Below are positions 62,994-64,000 of a stretch of 64,000 nt of DNA, in pieces (the stretch's first letter is position 1; the number at the start of each line of letters is the position of its first letter). Below the pieces are notes generated by a model, which was not told the DNA's origin, did not search any database, and worked only from the letters and a program-made list of their open reading frames with translations. The translations under genes and the position numbers were made by a program. The DNA is from an uncultured Chlamydiae bacterium (GTDB lineage: Bacteria > Chlamydiota > Chlamydiia > Chlamydiales > Parachlamydiaceae): assembly GCA_963830365.1 (NCBI GenBank), contig CAWHMU010000041.1, positions 1 to 64,000 on the forward strand. The letters run 5' to 3'.

Positions 62994-64000
62994 ATGACGA
63001 CTCCACGCATTCTGGCATCCCAACTTCAAGATCACATCGGACAACAGGTCCGCCTGCGCGGCTGGCTTAACAATATCCGCAGCATGGGCAAGCTCAACTT
63101 TCTCATTTTGCGCGACCGCTCAGGGCTGATTCAAGTCGTGGTGGAATCCAAAGATGAATTGCGCAAAGTCTCGCCACTGCAGCCGGGTGCGATTTTATCC
63201 ATCAGCGGCAAAGTTGTCGCCACCACCCAGGCCGGCGGCGGTGTGGAAGTCGTTGAGCCTACCATCACTGTCGAAGTGGCCGTCAAGGAAGTAGCGCCGA
63301 TAGAATTCTATAAACCTGAAATGGCCAATGATCTAGAATTTATCCTGGATCACCGTCCCATAGCCTTGCGCAATCGCGAGCTGCAGGCTGTTTTCAAGAT
63401 CCAGGCCGAAATCGCACATGCCTACCGTCTTTTTATGCACGATCAAGTGAGGGCGGTGGAGTATTTTGCCCCGAACCTCATCGGCGCTTCCTCTGAAGGG
63501 GGTTCGGAATTCTTTAATGTCGACTATTTCGGCTACACCGCCACCTTGGCGCAAAGCAGCCAGCTGTATAAACAGATGATGGTGGGCGTCAATGAGCGCG
63601 TGTTTGCACTGATGCCTTTTTTCAGGGCTGAAAATTCCAACACGCCACGCCACCTCACTGAAGGCAAGCAGCTGGAATTTGAAATGGGTTTCTTCGACTC
63701 GTGGCATGAAATCATGGATATCCAGGAAAATGCCGTCAAATTCATCATCACCTATCTTCATCAACAATGCCGTGCTGAGATTGAATTGCTAGACAACAAG
63801 ATCATCAAAGCGCCGGCCGATGTGCCCTTCCCCCGCCTGACATTTGCCGAAGCGCAAGAGCTGTATTTCAAGCGCACAGGCATCGACGAGCGGCATGAGC
63901 CCGATTTGAGCCCCGCAGCTGAAAAGGAGCTTTGCCAGTATGCCTTTGAAGAGTTTGGCACCGATCTTATCTTTGTGACAGATTGGAAGACGATGAAACG
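62994..64000 (+). CDS. aspS: Aspartate--tRNA ligase, archaeal/eukaryotic-like (probably non-discriminating); runs off the window
   Basis: Own translation: VRLRGW, FLILRDRSGLIQVV, SEGGSEFFNVDYF, LAQSSQLYKQ, FRAENSNTPRHLTE. Confidence 0.9.
   Translation, partial: MTTPRILASQLQDHIGQQVRLRGWLNNIRSMGKLNFLILRDRSGLIQVVVESKDELRKVSPLQPGAILSISGKVVATTQAGGGVEVVEPTITVEVAVKEVAPIEFYKPEMANDLEFILDHRPIALRNRELQAVFKIQAEIAHAYRLFMHDQVRAVEYFAPNLIGASSEGGSEFFNVDYFGYTATLAQSSQLYKQMMVGVNERVFALMPFFRAENSNTPRHLTEGKQLEFEMGFFDSWHEIMDIQENAVKFIITYLHQQCRAEIELLDNKIIKAPADVPFPRLTFAEAQELYFKRTGIDERHEPDLSPAAEKELCQYAFEEFGTDLIFVTDWKTMK

Overview
Bacterial chromosomal segment, most likely from an environmental chlamydia (Parachlamydiales-like). 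Support: yidC-dnaA adjacency, a Pkn1-type kinase/FGE-domain gene, an LcrH/SycD chaperone, and many orphan ORFs with Ser/Thr-rich N-termini plus hydrophobic hairpins. A housekeeping core (about 13.4-52.2 kb: cysS, prfB, yebC, ald, Hsp70-like, pit, alpha2-type GlyRS, cyclophilin, yidC, dnaA, pkn1, LMW-PTP) is flanked by two accessory zones (1-13 kb and 52-63 kb) carrying IS630, IS3 and IS110 elements, effector-like enzymes, gene fragments and several families of palindromic repeats. Best candidate system: an IS110-family recombinase inserted exactly into one arm of a palindromic repeat carried by a MITE. An empty copy of the target is present at 43.3-43.4 kb. The ~295 bp downstream non-coding end of the IS can be hand-folded into twin stem-loops, one matching the target (TTTGTAG) and one matching the donor end (TCGGAAG), i.e. 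a candidate bridge/seek RNA. Second candidate: a GGGGTCAGGC-type palindromic arm family that marks the borders and truncation points of accessory modules. Four single-base frameshifts in otherwise intact genes look like assembly errors. All family calls come from motif recognition; no database searches or folding programs were run.
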